From NCBI GenBank assembly GCA_000091205.1, contig AP006497.2: 64,000 nucleotides of DNA, one strand, 5' to 3'. Source of the stretch: Cyanidioschyzon merolae. Its lineage: Eukaryota. The position numbers and the translations under genes are program-made. The notes under the pieces are model-generated. The model was not told the DNA's origin and ran no database searches. It saw nothing but the letters and a program-made list of their open reading frames with translations. Positions 44,643 through 58,000 of this stretch are shown piece after piece. The first letter of the stretch is position 1. The number at the start of each line of letters is the position of its first letter.

Positions 44643-46469
44643 ATGCGACCGAGACTGCTCTTCTTGTCGTCGCTACCCCAGCGCTACTGGGGCAGGTTCA
44701 CCAACCCAAGTTTCTGTCTGCACGAAGCGAGCGTTCGATCGTTGCGCAGACACGGCGGTAAGCAGGGTCACTCGCCGAGCTTGGAGCTGCTTGCCTCGGA
44801 CGCGGCCCCTGAGCACTCGGCGAAGGTTCAGGCCGCAACGGCGTCCTCGGCGGCTGCGTCGCCAGCACCGAAGAATGCTCGGGGCCGCCAAAACCCCAAT
44901 ATCGCTAGCCCCGAGTCGGGTGCAACTGCAAACAACCTTCGCGTACTGCGGAGCGCCCGCCTCGAGAAAGTTCACGCCATGCGTCAGGCTGGAGTCGAGC
45001 CCTACGCGTACCGTTTCGAGGTGAGCCACTCGACACAGGATCTTCACCAGTTGTTTGGGGACGTCGAACCAGGCACGATCCGGGATGATGTTCATGTTTC
45101 GATCGCAGGCCGCATCATGAATCGTCGCATCTTTGGGAAACTGGCCTTTTTCACACTCCAGGACTCGAGCGGTACGATCCAGCTTTATTTGGACAAACAA
45201 CGCATCACCGAGCACATGCAAAATCGAATACCTGAATCTTTTTCGCGGTTGAAACAGTGGATCGACGCAGGTGATATCATTGGGGTCACTGGCTCGATCC
45301 GAAGAACTGAAAAAGGCGAACTTTCTGTCTACGTTAAGGAATGGACGATGCTTACCAAGTCCCTGCGTCCTTTACCGGACAAGTGGCACGGCCTCACGGA
45401 CATTGAGAAGCGCTATCGCCAACGCCACATGGATCTCATCGTGAACCCCGCTGTACGTGATGTGTTCCGCAAGCGGGCTCAGATCACTGCCGCGATTCGA
45501 CGCTTTCTCGATACGCACGGCTTTTTGGAAATCGAGACACCTGCGCTGCACCAACAGGCTGGTGGAGCCGAGGCACGTCCCTTCGTGACGCATCACAATG
45601 CCCTGGACATGGATTTGTATCTGCGAATCGCCACGGAACTGCATCTAAAGCGACTGGTGGTGGGCGGCTTCGATCGCGTCTACGAAATGGGCCGCATCTT
45701 TCGAAACGAGGGCATTAGTACGCGGCATAATCCCGAGTTTACCAGTATTGAGATTTATCAGGCGTATGCGGACTATGGGGATATGATGCGTCTCATGGAG
45801 GATCTGGTGGTGCAGGTCCTGCGGGATGTGCATCAGGGTGTGTTGCAGGTTCGCTATCAAGATACAGAGTTGGACTTTAGTCCACCGTGGCGGCGCGTTT
45901 CCCTCTTTCAGATGCTTCAGGAGCGCACCGGAATGGACTGGCGCTCCACTGCTTTGAGTCTGGAGGAGGCGCGAGCGCTCGCTCACAAGCACGGCTGCCC
46001 GGCTGGCGATGCACGTAGTATAGCCGAAGTCGCGGTAGCGGTGTTTGAATCGCTTTGCGAGTCGGATCTCGTGCAACCGACGTTTGTTGTCGACCATCCG
46101 AGGGAGACGAGTCCGCTTGCGAAGCCGCACCGCTCCGAATCGGGCCTTGTGGAGCGTTTTGAAGTTTATTGCGCGGGTCGAGAGCTCGCGAACGCGTTCT
46201 CGGAACTGACGGATCCTGTGGATCAACGGGAGCGTTTCGTAGAGCAGTCTGCCCGTAAAGCGGCCGGGGACCTTGAAGCGTGCGACGTTGACGAGTCGTT
46301 TCTGGCGGCCCTGGAGACTGGTATGCCGCCAACAGGAGGTCTCGGAATCGGAATCGACCGTCTCGTGATGCTGTTGACGAATGCGCCCAGTATTCGGGAT
46401 GTCATCGCTTTTCCGCTGCTGCGGCCGACGTTGGAGTACCCGAACGACGGGTCAGATGATGCAGAATAG
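44643..46469 (+). CDS. KRS: Lysyl-tRNA synthetase, class II, of the bacterial/organellar LysS type, with a roughly 140-aa S/A/R-rich N-terminal presequence.
   Basis: Near-identity to the LysS core: [67 protein letters not shown] (motif 2 region), [16 protein letters not shown] (motif 3), and an N-terminal OB-fold anticodon-binding domain. Confidence 0.9.
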   Translation: MRPRLLFLSSLPQRYWGRFTNPSFCLHEASVRSLRRHGGKQGHSPSLELLASDAAPEHSAKVQAATASSAAASPAPKNARGRQNPNIASPESGATANNLRVLRSARLEKVHAMRQAGVEPYAYRFEVSHSTQDLHQLFGDVEPGTIRDDVHVSIAGRIMNRRIFGKLAFFTLQDSSGTIQLYLDKQRITEHMQNRIPESFSRLKQWIDAGDIIGVTGSIRRTEKGELSVYVKEWTMLTKSLRPLPDKWHGLTDIEKRYRQRHMDLIVNPAVRDVFRKRAQITAAIRRFLDTHGFLEIETPALHQQAGGAEARPFVTHHNALDMDLYLRIATELHLKRLVVGGFDRVYEMGRIFRNEGISTRHNPEFTSIEIYQAYADYGDMMRLMEDLVVQVLRDVHQGVLQVRYQDTELDFSPPWRRVSLFQMLQERTGMDWRSTALSLEEARALAHKHGCPAGDARSIAEVAVAVFESLCESDLVQPTFVVDHPRETSPLAKPHRSESGLVERFEVYCAGRELANAFSELTDPVDQRERFVEQSARKAAGDLEACDVDESFLAALETGMPPTGGLGIGIDRLVMLLTNAPSIRDVIAFPLLRPTLEYPNDGSDDAE

Positions 46470-47623
46470 CGGTGTTTGGAATGAGAATGGCAGCTCGTGA
46501 CCGGGCCTGATCGAAATGCTGTTAGAGATGCTTGATCTTTTGTATGGCAGGGGATATGCTCGTTAGATACGGCGAGCGTTGACTATCCGCGACTGCGTGC
46601 TTCATGTGCTGGAAAAACCACATCCTGATGACGCACTGTTGCTGCACAAGCAATGGCAATGCTGAAAAACACCAGGGAGAATCGGATGAACTTACACCAT
46701 TTAGTATGTCCTTGGATCGACTCATTTGTATTCCGTCGAGTTCAGGTGTAGCAACGACGATCAAGAGGGCGCAGCAGGGGTCGTCATGCTTTGGGGCAAG
46801 TGCACCGGCCACGTTGGTGAGCGTCGACTTGCACGGAAACCATGTTCGCCTCGATTGACTCCAGCTGCTTGTACAGAGGCGAGCCATACCCGGATTACCA
46901 CTGGCAGGCACGGAATTATTGGGAGACGAGAGCGCGTACGTGTCGGTGTGTTTTTGTGGGGCTACAGATGCGATGCCTCAAGACGAAGAACGCTGGTCTT
47001 CGGCGCCGGACATGCGGAAATGCATTCTGTCACAACATTACCGTGAAAAGTGGTGTGTTCATGTGCATGGGCGTGCGTGACCTCCCAGACGAATTCGGAC
47101 GCTACTGAATGAGTATACTATTGGGAAGCGTGGTGGACAAATGGATCGTCGGCTTATTGCCATCAAAGCTGGCATCTTCGTGTGTGAATCATTTAGATGA
47201 GTTCGAAAGCAACTGAATGTGTACATTGGCAGGGATCGCAAGTGCCTTGCTCGCGAGCATCGCAAAAACCGCAAACGTACCAGCGTCCACAGACGACGCA
47301 CGCTGACCGAGGTATGTCATCGGATGGATACGCTTGATGCTGATGCTGCCGGATAGCAAACACCATGCTCAGCAAGCGCGTTGGCCCTCAGCATGTCGGA
47401 CAAGGGCTTGCGTTCCATAGGAAACATTCCATGCTCCGTTGGGGCCCAGCCCTGCGGGACGAATTCCATGGGTCAAATCTTCGACAAGGCAAGGTCTACC
47501 AGTTACAAGACATGTAGTAGTCTTTTACCGCGAGTCGTCGGTGCTTGTTCGCGACTCGAGTACTTCAAGTTCCCAAAGAATTCTTGTCATGCTGCCACGA
47601 AACACGCGTTCCGCACCCACATG

Positions 47624-49204
47624 CTATGTCCGTGGCTTGCGTAGCGTTCGGAGGTAGCTGCGCAGCATGTTCAGTACCGTGAATACCATTCGTAGCATAT
47701 GCAGAAACCATAGACGCATTCGGTATCTAATCAGCCGGCTGAGGCCAATGATGCCCATGGTGGAGGTCGCACGGCCCCCAGCCTCTGCAGGGTCGACGAA
47801 TGCAGCGCGATCGCTGGTACGCTCCGTTGGAGACGCCCCCCATGCGACCGTGTTTTCGTCCATAGATATTTCTGGGCAGCTCAGATTTTCCAGGTCCTCG
47901 GCAGAGATTTCCACATCTGCTGTAGTTGCTCCGTCTTCGGATTCGCTTTTGCCGGGACGCCAGCCACGGCGGATGGCGTAAAGAATGTCTAACCTTTGTC
48001 GCCCTAGTTCAACCGAGGTCACTTTTGCAGGTTCCGAGGGAGCGCGTTTCGTCGTCGACTGGCCTGTTGGGACGCGAAAGACATCCGATATCCTGCGAGG
48101 CCTGCCCAGCGGTCGACGCGGCATCCTTTCCAGAGTCCCAGGCTCTTGAGCGTGCGCATTCGCAAGCTCGTCTCGGGTTGGCTCGTGTTCGGTGCTCTCT
48201 TTCGCGTCGGAATCGGTCGCCATGCTCCCGAGTGTTTGATGCTCAATAGCAGAGGCGTGCTCTGATTCGGTTTCATCATGCGGCATTGCTTCGAGCGAAT
48301 GATTCGAGTCATCGGGCGCGAGCTCTGTCTCCGAGGCAGCTTCGGCGGCAGTAGACGGTCCATTCAGCACAACGTCTGAATCAGCCAGTCCATCCACGGG
48401 CTGCACCAGATCTTGATCACGCTCTGTGTTCGTTTCGTCAAAAGGATGAGTAAGTACTAGATCTGCTGTTTTTTCTGCCGAGGTTCCATCCGTGTGTGCG
48501 TTCGTTTCCTCTTGCGCTAATGAATTGCCTGTGATCTCCTCCAGACAGCGCTGCATCGGCGCAGTTGCACCATCAAAAAGAGTACCCATTCCGAAAGGCT
48601 CGTCTGGTAGCGCTGATGAAGATAAAAGAGGCGATTCCTTCATCCTATCACTGTTCAAGTCATCGACAATGCCTTCCGGCGCTTTCGAGTTCGAGGGCTC
48701 TTTCTTATGCAGCAACCGTGCCTCTTCGGCTCCAGGAACCGTTGCCTCCGTTCGGGGTGAAGCTTTTGCCTGGTGTTCCTCACAACGCAGCGGTGTCGCA
48801 CCACGTATAATCTCCGATCGGCCGGCTCGTGAGCTCTCTCCACCGACACGTACAGAGTGATCAATAGGTACCTCTTCCCGCGCTTGCGCCGCGGGATAAG
48901 ATGTCTGGTCTGCAGTGCGGAGATGATCACTTTCCGTATGGCAAGACTGGGTCGCCGCAGATTTGCTTGAATACTTCCGCCGCCTCCCGAGGTCGTTTAT
49001 CTTTACCTGAAACCAAAAGCGCCGTTGGTGGAGAGCGTCCATAAGCAAGCGCGCAGACGGCGCCTTGCCGCCATAGAGGTGTCGCTCCATGCAGCTTCTG
49101 TCCAACCCATAGTGGACACGACAAGTGGGTTTCTCCAGACCGCGACTACGGTGATACGCAGCATGCATACCCGAAGGCGTTGTGTAACAAAACATAGGCC
49201 TCAT
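47624..49204 (-). CDS. Hypothetical acidic (D/E/S-rich) protein, 526 aa.
   Basis: An uninterrupted 1.58-kb ORF, unlikely by chance at this GC content. No motif recognised. Confidence 0.4.
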   Translation of the reverse strand: MRPMFCYTTPSGMHAAYHRSRGLEKPTCRVHYGLDRSCMERHLYGGKAPSARLLMDALHQRRFWFQVKINDLGRRRKYSSKSAATQSCHTESDHLRTADQTSYPAAQAREEVPIDHSVRVGGESSRAGRSEIIRGATPLRCEEHQAKASPRTEATVPGAEEARLLHKKEPSNSKAPEGIVDDLNSDRMKESPLLSSSALPDEPFGMGTLFDGATAPMQRCLEEITGNSLAQEETNAHTDGTSAEKTADLVLTHPFDETNTERDQDLVQPVDGLADSDVVLNGPSTAAEAASETELAPDDSNHSLEAMPHDETESEHASAIEHQTLGSMATDSDAKESTEHEPTRDELANAHAQEPGTLERMPRRPLGRPRRISDVFRVPTGQSTTKRAPSEPAKVTSVELGRQRLDILYAIRRGWRPGKSESEDGATTADVEISAEDLENLSCPEISMDENTVAWGASPTERTSDRAAFVDPAEAGGRATSTMGIIGLSRLIRYRMRLWFLHMLRMVFTVLNMLRSYLRTLRKPRT

Positions 49205-51649
49205 TATTTAAGAATGATGACTCGAGCTCTGAGAAGAGCGGAACGCTATCGCCGAAAACCGGGAAAGCCATCCATGCAGCGGGATCGCGAGGTCGAGTGA
49301 GTCGCTCCCGGGCCGCTCGCAGCGCCCCCGCCAATTTCGTGGTCGCAATCGGAGTTTCGATTTTCGGGAAATTGACGGCTGCTGCTCGGCTGGAGAACCG
49401 GTGGTGAGTCAGTTCTTGTAGGCGTGGAGAATTCCGGAACACCTGTACCAGAATACCCCTTTCGTTTCAGTATATTTCTGTCATAGAGAATCAACGAAAA
49501 AATGTATCATGCAGGTTGGGGGAAGCTTGCGGACAAAAGGGATGATGTCGCTGCTGCCTTGTGACAAACGGCCTTGCTTCTGCCCGCTAGTCATTCCAAG
49601 GCCAGCACGTGGATGAACCGCTCTTGTTCTAGTCCTAACACGGAACGTTGTCCACGTAAATCAGAAATCAAACGCTATGTACACGATTGTCTACGTGCTA
49701 CTCTAGTCCACTGGAAAGTTTCCCCGTTGAATGCTATCAAACGAGGTACTGGATTTCAAGTTTCAGTATCGTTGATACGAACGATGATAAATAAATAGGC
49801 TTGGGAAAAGAATGAAGCACGGTTCTATGGGAAACCGTTGCGCATTGAAAACCATGCTCTCGGTTTCGCACTGAAACATGCACGCTTATTATGAAAGCGA
49901 CGGATGTTCACGTCACTCCATGAGACTGCAATCGGGAGCATTGTCAGATCCATGCATATGTGCACTGAACAAATGGGCAACTGCTGTCCATAAAGAACAT
50001 ACAAGCGTGTATGACGAGAACATCAGTCGAAATGGCGATTCGGTTGTGTATTCGGTAGCCTGTTCAACGCGCTGGAAGCAAAAGTCACCAATTCGCGGTG
50101 TCGTTGGGTTGTGGTAGCCACTATGACGGTGGGCGCAGTACAGCGCGCAAAGGCTGCCATCCCGCCCCCTTGGCAAGCGCGTATGGTGTGCACAGGGTTC
50201 GATGCTATACGAGTCCCACGGATATGTTCAGGACCGAATACACGTGCGAGGGTCACAGATGCGCGCTGAACCAGGCGGAGAAACAGTATTCAAGCAGAGA
50301 CAGACGCACAAGGTGGTGTGCGGTAAGCTGATCGATTGTCGGCTACCAGGGCAATAATTGGTGAGAGTCTTGCTGTGGTGCACGTGCGCCAGCGATGGTG
50401 TGCCGAAGCGTTTCCTGTTCCGTACCCTAAACGGCTCGATAAACAGCAAGGAATGTCTTGTGCTCCTGGAAAGACCGGCGGATTAACTTCGAGAGAAGGT
50501 TCGGAGACATCGTTTGGTAGTTGGTATGGGTATGATAATGAAACGCTGAAGACTTGTGATACAAAAAAATCAGTGGCCAGAGAGACGGCATTGGAGTCTC
50601 GGATGGAGCAAGGCAACGACATGATACAGATCAACAATCGAGCCAGTCTACAGCGTTGCGTATAGGTGGATAGGGAACGGTTTTCTTGAGCAAGTGGTCA
50701 TCGACGCTGGCGCTCTGTTATTTGACATTATCGTATAAATCGATTCGATGAGTTAAACAAATTCATCTTGGGTACGGGAATCAGCCTGCAGATATCAAGG
50801 AGACAATCGAGTCACTGCGCGCACTTCAACGCTCGGGAAACTCGAGAATTACCTCTATTCCGTGCAGAGAGGTTCAGTAAATTCAGCAATTTTCTGGATG
50901 TCACTTATCCCGGAGACTGGATTTTGCTGGGGCGCCTCCTGCCGGCGATGGCGCGCACTCATGCTTTTTCGCATCCAGAGGAAAAGTACGCTCCAAGAAG
51001 ACCAGGAGGTCGAGGCAAACAGTTTTCGCTGCACCGCGACCTGCGAAGCAAATTTCATCACTTGCGTCATCCAGTAGGCACACGAGACCCAGTCCAGATG
51101 CGATGCACGCAACAGTGGCGAATTTCCGCGTTTCGCTACGTGCTTCCCCCAGGAACACCAGTTCTCATAGAAGGTTGCTATCGTTTTTGCGGGAGATCAC
51201 CATGAGCTGACCTCCGGTTCTCAGCGACTTTCGGACCCATTCATACCAGTCCTATCGCACTGATGAACTAGCGTCGACGTTTTGCGGATATCGCTAGAAC
51301 GCATGCGTCCATGTTTCTTGCATCGTACTTGCTCGGACACGGACACCAAGGCTAGATTCACTGACATGGCGGCCTCCCAGAGTTTTCTCACGTGTCCATG
51401 CATTTGAAAGAGACGTGATCGGAATCCCGCTGCCCCAACGTAGTATCCATTGAATCTGAAAACTTTATGAAGTAGCCTTTGCAGATCGCTGGTGCATCGT
51501 ATCTGATTCATTGTTTGTAGCAAACAAAAGCGTCATGTCTCTAACGTTTGCTAACACGTATAGGGGGAAGAACGGCATGGCTAGAGTTATTTGTGTACCA
51601 CGTGCAAGGCTACCTGCAATATATCCATGGAGCCCCTGCTGCGACGAAC

Positions 51650-51905
51650 TTATGAGGAAAGGCGGGCCGCTCTTCTGCGAACAGGTGAGCTGAAACGATC
51701 AACTCTTTTGCGAACAGATGAGCTGAAACGATCCGCTCTTTTGCGAACAGGTGAGCTGAAACGATCCGCTCGAGCGTTCCCTGGCGATTTACCCCGCCGC
51801 CGCTTGCCGCCCTGCGCACGCATTCCCCCCATTTCCCCCCATTTCCCCCCATTTCCTCAGTGCGCACGCATTCCCCCCGGCGCACGCATGCCGCCATGCG
51901 CACGC
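51650..51905. repeat. Cluster of short tandem repeats 180-430 bp upstream of the TRRAP start: a 36-bp unit x3, (CCCCCCATTT)x3, and (GCGCACGCATNC)x4.
   Basis: Direct reading: ttttgcgaacag(g/a)tgagctgaaacgatc(c/a)(g/a)ctc x3; cccccatttc x3; gcgcacgcattcccc / gcgcacgcatgccgcc / gcgcacgcatgcag. Confidence 0.9.
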
Positions 51906-52082
51906 ATGCAGTGAGACACGTAGGAGCGGTGCTCGTAACCTGCGCACGTACACCAACAGCTTCTGCTTCATAGTTCAGTTGCATTTGTTTCAGCCTCCTC
52001 AGCGGCACTTTTTCAGGCACGAGAGCCGTATCGCTGAGGGCAAGTCGAACTGGTGCTGCAGGTGAGGCTCTAGCCTGAACAG

Positions 52083-55000
52083 ATGCCGTCGTCCCCGACA
52101 CCGGGGGAGCTGCGCGCTCGACTGGAGGATCCTCAGCTCACCTCTGCAGAGCGTCTCAAGTTGCTTATCGAATTACGGGAAAACATTGAGTGGTTTCAAT
52201 CTACAGATTACCAGCAGTTTCTGGACCAATTAATCCCGTGCTTTGAGCAGATTCTCACAACGTTAACGAGACCGCAACTTGAAGAGAATGCTGAACAGGC
52301 TCTGCGACGAACCGTTCTCGAGGTGCTGAGTCGTTTGCCGCACGGGGAGGCGTTGCGGCCGCACGCACGACGACTCCTGCAAATGTGCCAGTATGTGCTC
52401 GACGTTGATGATGCGGAGCCGAACGCGGTTCTGGCGCTGCAGATCATGTTTGAGTGCCACAAAGCGTACCGTCCGCAACTTGCAGCGGCGATACCACCCT
52501 TTTTGGACTTTGTTTTGCGCATTTACGGCGTTTTTGAGTGGCGTGAATCAGATGATGATTCCCTGGTTGCTGAAGACACCGGACAACAGGATACATACCT
52601 TGAGCCGGGTTTGGAACAGGATGGCAGCGTCGAGGCAGCGTCGCGCAACCGACCGACGAATGTGCGGTATGCCCCGGCCTTGCGCTCTTATCGGACGGTT
52701 CGCGAATGCCCTCCGTTGTTTATGTATTTGTCGCAACACTATCCTGCTCTGATCGAGCCGCGACTCGATGAGCTTCTCGCAGTGATGGTGCGCGCTATCG
52801 AGATCCAGGTACCGCCGACGTCACCGGCTCGAGCTCTGCCGATCTACCACGACTTCATTACAGCGCAGATGAAAACCGTATCGTTTATTTCGTTCTTGCT
52901 GCGGCAGTTTGAGTCGCGAATGCTGCAGTACGCGGAGCGCGTTCCGCGCTCCGTCGTGAATCTACTACTCAACTGCCCAGACAGTGCGGTCTCGATTCGG
53001 AAGGAGCTGCTTATTGCCAGTCGGCATTTGTTAGCAACTGAGTTTCGCAGGGGTTTTTTCCTGCAAACAGACCTCCTTCTGGATGAGAAAGTCCTCATTG
53101 GAACCAGTCGAGCTGCTTACGAGACGTTGCGACCTCTGGCCTACTCGTTCCTCGCAGAGTTAGTTCATTTTGTGCGTTTAGAAGTGACGCTACCTCAACT
53201 GAGTCGCATCATTTATCTCTTTTCGACGAACGTTCACGATGCATCCCTTAGTTTCTCTATGCAAGCAACATCCATTCGTTTGTTGCTCAATCTCATTGAG
53301 GGTATCATGCACCGTCGCGAAGACCTCAACACCCGCGGACGCCAGCTTCTAGAACGTATTTTCGAAACGATTGTAACCAAGCTGATGGAAGTCGCCGAGG
53401 TGGTGCCGTCGTTGCTCGTGAGCACCGGCGCCGCCGACGGCAATGACGCCGAGGATAAGGCGAATGGGTCTGCGTCGAGCCAGCGCGCCTCTTCACCCAT
53501 ACCTGAGCCTTCTGCGAGCACAGAGACAGGTGCGATGCGCCCATCTGCAGTCCCGGATGAAAAGTCTCAAGAGGAGCGTTCCAAAGAGGTGCAGGAGTGC
53601 CGCCAACTCGTTAGAACCCTCGTTCTAGGTCTGAAGACCATTGTATGGAGCATGAGCAACGCTTTCGGAGACTCACGCACCCGGGGTCTGACTGAATGGG
53701 AATGCATTCTTGTCAGCCGGATGCTGCCGGCAGCGCGAACCTGTTTCCAGCTCTACAAATTCGGAGAGCCGGCGGAACAAAAAGAGATTTTGGACCAATT
53801 CGCTCAGGTGTTCACGGTAATGACTCCGCGCAACTTTCAAGACATCATCGGTGGACGCCTGCCCCAGCTGCTGGCGTTCATGGTCGAGCACCAGACTGCG
53901 CTCTCCATCCCGCAACATTTTTTGGCGAATACGAGCACCTCACGGTTCTTTGCGGATATCCTGATCACTTTTCTGACGGAGCATTTGGAGCAGGTGGTAA
54001 GCGACGATGCTGCGCGAGCGTCGGTGCTGTTGCGGTTATTCAAAATCATGTTCGCTTCGGTAACCCTATTCGCCGATAATGAGCCGGTGCTGAAGCCTCA
54101 CCTCGGTACCATCGTTCGAAGGTGCCTGGAGCTCGCTGCCACTGCAGAGAATCCTACGAATGCACTGCAGGTGCTTCGGGCACTCTTCAAGTCTCTTGCA
54201 GGGGGTCGCTTTGAGCTGCTTTATCGCGAATTCGTACCTATGCTCTATTACCTGCTTCATAGCCTGGAACGACTCATGCAAGGGCCTCTAGGCGAATCGC
54301 ATGGTCTCCTGCTCATCGAGCTGTGCCTAACTGCACCGGCTCGCCCATCCACTATTTTCCCGTACTTGCGTATGCACATGCGACCATTGGTGCGCGGCCT
54401 AGATTCCGAATCGGAGCTAACTTCCTTAAGTTTCCGAACGTTTGAATTTTGGATCGATACGCTCCACCCCGAGGTACTTGAGCGATTGATGCAGGCGGTG
54501 CAACCAGAACTGGAACGAGCGCTCTGGCGATACTTGTCGCCGACAAGCCCATTTTCAGCACAAGCAGTGCGCATTCTAGGCAAGCTGGGTGGTTTGAATC
54601 GCAAGACACCTCGAGAACTGACACCCTTGCCATGGCAGCAGCCTGTTCAAGCCATACATGCCGCGTTGGCCTGGTGTGATCGCGCCGAGCCGCTCACGGT
54701 AGCGCTCGATGAAGTGATCAATGCTGCAGTCGACGCAGTGCTATTCCAGGCCTCGTACAAAGTCGCCGCATACACTCTCTTGCAGCAGGTGATGATTGCC
54801 GCGCTCTCCAGCGCGTTGCCGCCACAGATCAAAGGGTGCCCTGCGGACCTCTTGCCCGCAAGCGTGTACACGATGACGAGTGCTTTCCCCCGGTTGCAGG
54901 TGTCCAAGACGATTTACACCAGAATGCTTACCGCGCTGTTCTTTGCCAGCGGTGATGACGCTCTGCAGCAGACTCGAAACGCTGTGGAATTTGCGCGACA

Positions 55001-58000
55001 ACTCTGTGATTATTTTTGTCGCATATGGATGGCACCTGTTCTTATGGAGAAAAGCACGTTGTCGGCACTCGAAGCAGCAGCGCTTAATGCCCATCGCACT
55101 CCCCCGGAAAACATCACCGAATGGACTCGATTTCCAGCCGCAGTGACCATCGACTGTTTCCTGGATGCACTGGTGGAGGCTGCTGTGCTTCAGCAAAAGA
55201 CCCTCGATCTGGCTGCTGCAGCGAAGGATCTTAACCTGTTCGCGCTGAGCCGCTGTGTCGAATTATTCAAAGGTGACTTTAGAGGCCCGCAACGCCCTGT
55301 GGTACCTGCGAGCGACGCAGCCGAGGTCGCGGCGCCTGACTCGAAACCGCTGACAGCTGCAGCCAAAGGTGCCCGCGCGACGGAGGCACCGAGTGCTGAG
55401 ACAGCGGCAACCACTGCAGTAGACGCTCCCGAGCACGAAAGCGTAGACCGTCTGCGCGACGACCACCGAGGCGCAGATACAGCGACTTGCGTGGACGAAG
55501 AGATCGCGCCACCGCTGCATAGTGTCGCGGGGGCCTCGCGCCTGACCGAGCAACTTGCGCTGCTGGTAGAGCGCATCTCCCATTTGGGTTATCGGGAGCG
55601 ATGGCAGGATCGCCTCAGCTGTGCAATGCTGCTGGCCGGCATCATCGAGCAACTGCCAACGGTGGTATTCCTGGATCGCTCTTATTGTCTTTACGAAGCG
55701 CGACTTGTTCGGGTTCTGCTGCAGGTTCTCAAAGGCTGCGCGCAAGAGGGCATGGCCAGCCGCAAACCTGCCCCACTAGTTCGACAGACATTGGAGACCC
55801 TACTGCGGCGTTGCCACGAGCCCACTAGTCCCGCGTGGGCGCTCGAGGACGTCACGTCGTCGACAATCCCGGAGACCGATCGACCCAGCAAGACCAATGC
55901 ATCGACACCTCGTGCGCGCTGTGGAGATGTGGTCGCCTGCCTTGTCTTTGATTTGGCCTCAGAGCACCAAGCTGTGCGCGAGACTGTGCACGCGTCGCTG
56001 GCACAACTGCTGCGCTACGGCGTTGGCCAGAACATGGCCGAGGTGCTCGCGCTGGCCCAGACACAGATCCTGCGGCCGTTACTCTCTCGTCGTGTTCGCA
56101 CGCTGCACTATTCCAGTCAGGTTGGGCATGTGGATTGTCTGCATTACTGCCTCGAAAACGGCATTATCCGGCCTTTCATTGATCAAGAGACGTCGCTGTT
56201 GCGCACCTCGTTGGTTGCAGCGATGGAGATATTTGAGGATCCGATTAATACGAGGCTCGGAGAAGCGGATGCGCTCATGCTGAACCGCCTGCTCGAAAAT
56301 CGTTTCGTCGACCAGGAGACCATCACGGCTATTGTGATGCTGCGGGAGAAGGTGCTGCAATTTTTGGCGCTTTGTCTGCGGCAGATCGACCAATTGGTAC
56401 ACACGCCGAACGAGGATATACGCTCGCTGTACGCACGCCTCGTTGCTTGTTTCTTCCGCGGTGTCGAGAGTCGGCATGAGGCCGTCACCAGGGCGGCGAA
56501 GCATGGACTGCGCGTTTTCACAGAACGTTCGCGTCAACTGCCCCGTGGGATTCTGTCGAGTAATCTGCGCCCGATTCTCCAAAATCTCTCCGACACGAAC
56601 AAGCTCTCGCTGCCGTATGCGCAGACGTTGGCAAATGTGCTGGAAGTGCTCTCAAACTGGTTCAATGTGCAACTCGGAGAGCGACTCGTGGAGCATTTGA
56701 TGAACTTGCGCGCTGGAAACCCACGCAATCCGTCGTTGCTAGCAGCGCGCATCATTGACTTGTTCCATCTATTGCCACCGGCTGCTTCGCGCTTTCTCGA
56801 TCGGCTCATCGCCATTGTGCTGTCCTTCGAGGATGAAATGGGGCCAGCGGATACCGGAGCTGGTCATCACGGTCTGCAAAGTCGCTGGGCAGGCTCCATG
56901 TCGCCGTATCGTGCTCCACTGTTGCGTTACCTGGAGAAGCACGCCAATCTGGCGATTGGCTACTTTTTAGAACGCATTCGCTTTGCGAACTACGCCTTGT
57001 TGTTTCAGTCATTGCTGCGAGCGCACAATGCGGAAAACCTGCGTCGCGAACTGGCGAACGACGTTTCGCGCTTTATTGCGGCAACCTTTGATCGTGGTCA
57101 TCTGTTGCAGGGTCTGCTCATTGTGGATGCACTCGAATCGTTCCAAGCAGGCTGGATCGCCACCCAGCGCCCAATATACAACATCGCCTTGCAGATCTGG
57201 CAGTCGGCAGAGCGACTGGAGCGCCTCCGCCGCGAGGAGACGCTCCCCGTTGACCAGCTGGCCGAGTCGTCACTGTTGGCACACGTGATCCTAGCGTACT
57301 GTGCTGTACACCATGGCGAAGTCGACGGTCTGTATGCGTTGCTCTCGATATTCTCTTTACGCACATTACGCGACTTTAGTTTCGTTCGACGCTTTCTTAC
57401 CGAGACGGTAGCCCAAAGCTATCCTATTCTGTATCGCAAGAAGATTGTGGAGCGATTTCTGGAGCGTTACCTGGATCCTGAGCTTTCGGACGAAGTGAAA
57501 ATGTATGCGCTGCTCTATCTCGTGATTCCAATTTTGCGACAGGCGTTTCGTGCCGGTGAAGGGCTCGCGATTCTCGATGCCGTGACGCTCGAGGTGCTGG
57601 TGAAGCGTCTCTTCACGAGCACACCACCAGCATCGGAAGCGCTAACAGACGCCAGTGCGGATGGCGGCGGCGGCGGCGATACGGCGCCAATGCTCGCGTC
57701 TCCTGCGGAGAGCGACGTGCTTGGAGAAGCGCTGCTGCAACTTTCGACGCTGCTGATTGAGGAGATGCCCATCGAGCTGGTGCAATATCGCCGCGAAATC
57801 ATCCGCTTTGGATGGAATTATCTGAAGCGAGATGATTCGATCGCCAAGCCGTGGGCATTCCTCAATGTGGCACGCTTCTTTGAGGCCTACCAAGCCCCGG
57901 AAAAGATTGTGCTGCAGGTTTTTGTGGCGCTTCTGCGAGCAAGTCAAAGCGAACAGCGCGCACTCGTACGCCAGGCGCTTCGTATTGTGACGAGCATCTT

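Noticed and set aside
54741-55745. Minus-strand ORFs of 128-160 aa within the TRRAP region
   Set aside because: They are antisense to a continuously open, homology-supported 12-kb plus-strand frame. They are GC-rich frame artefacts.
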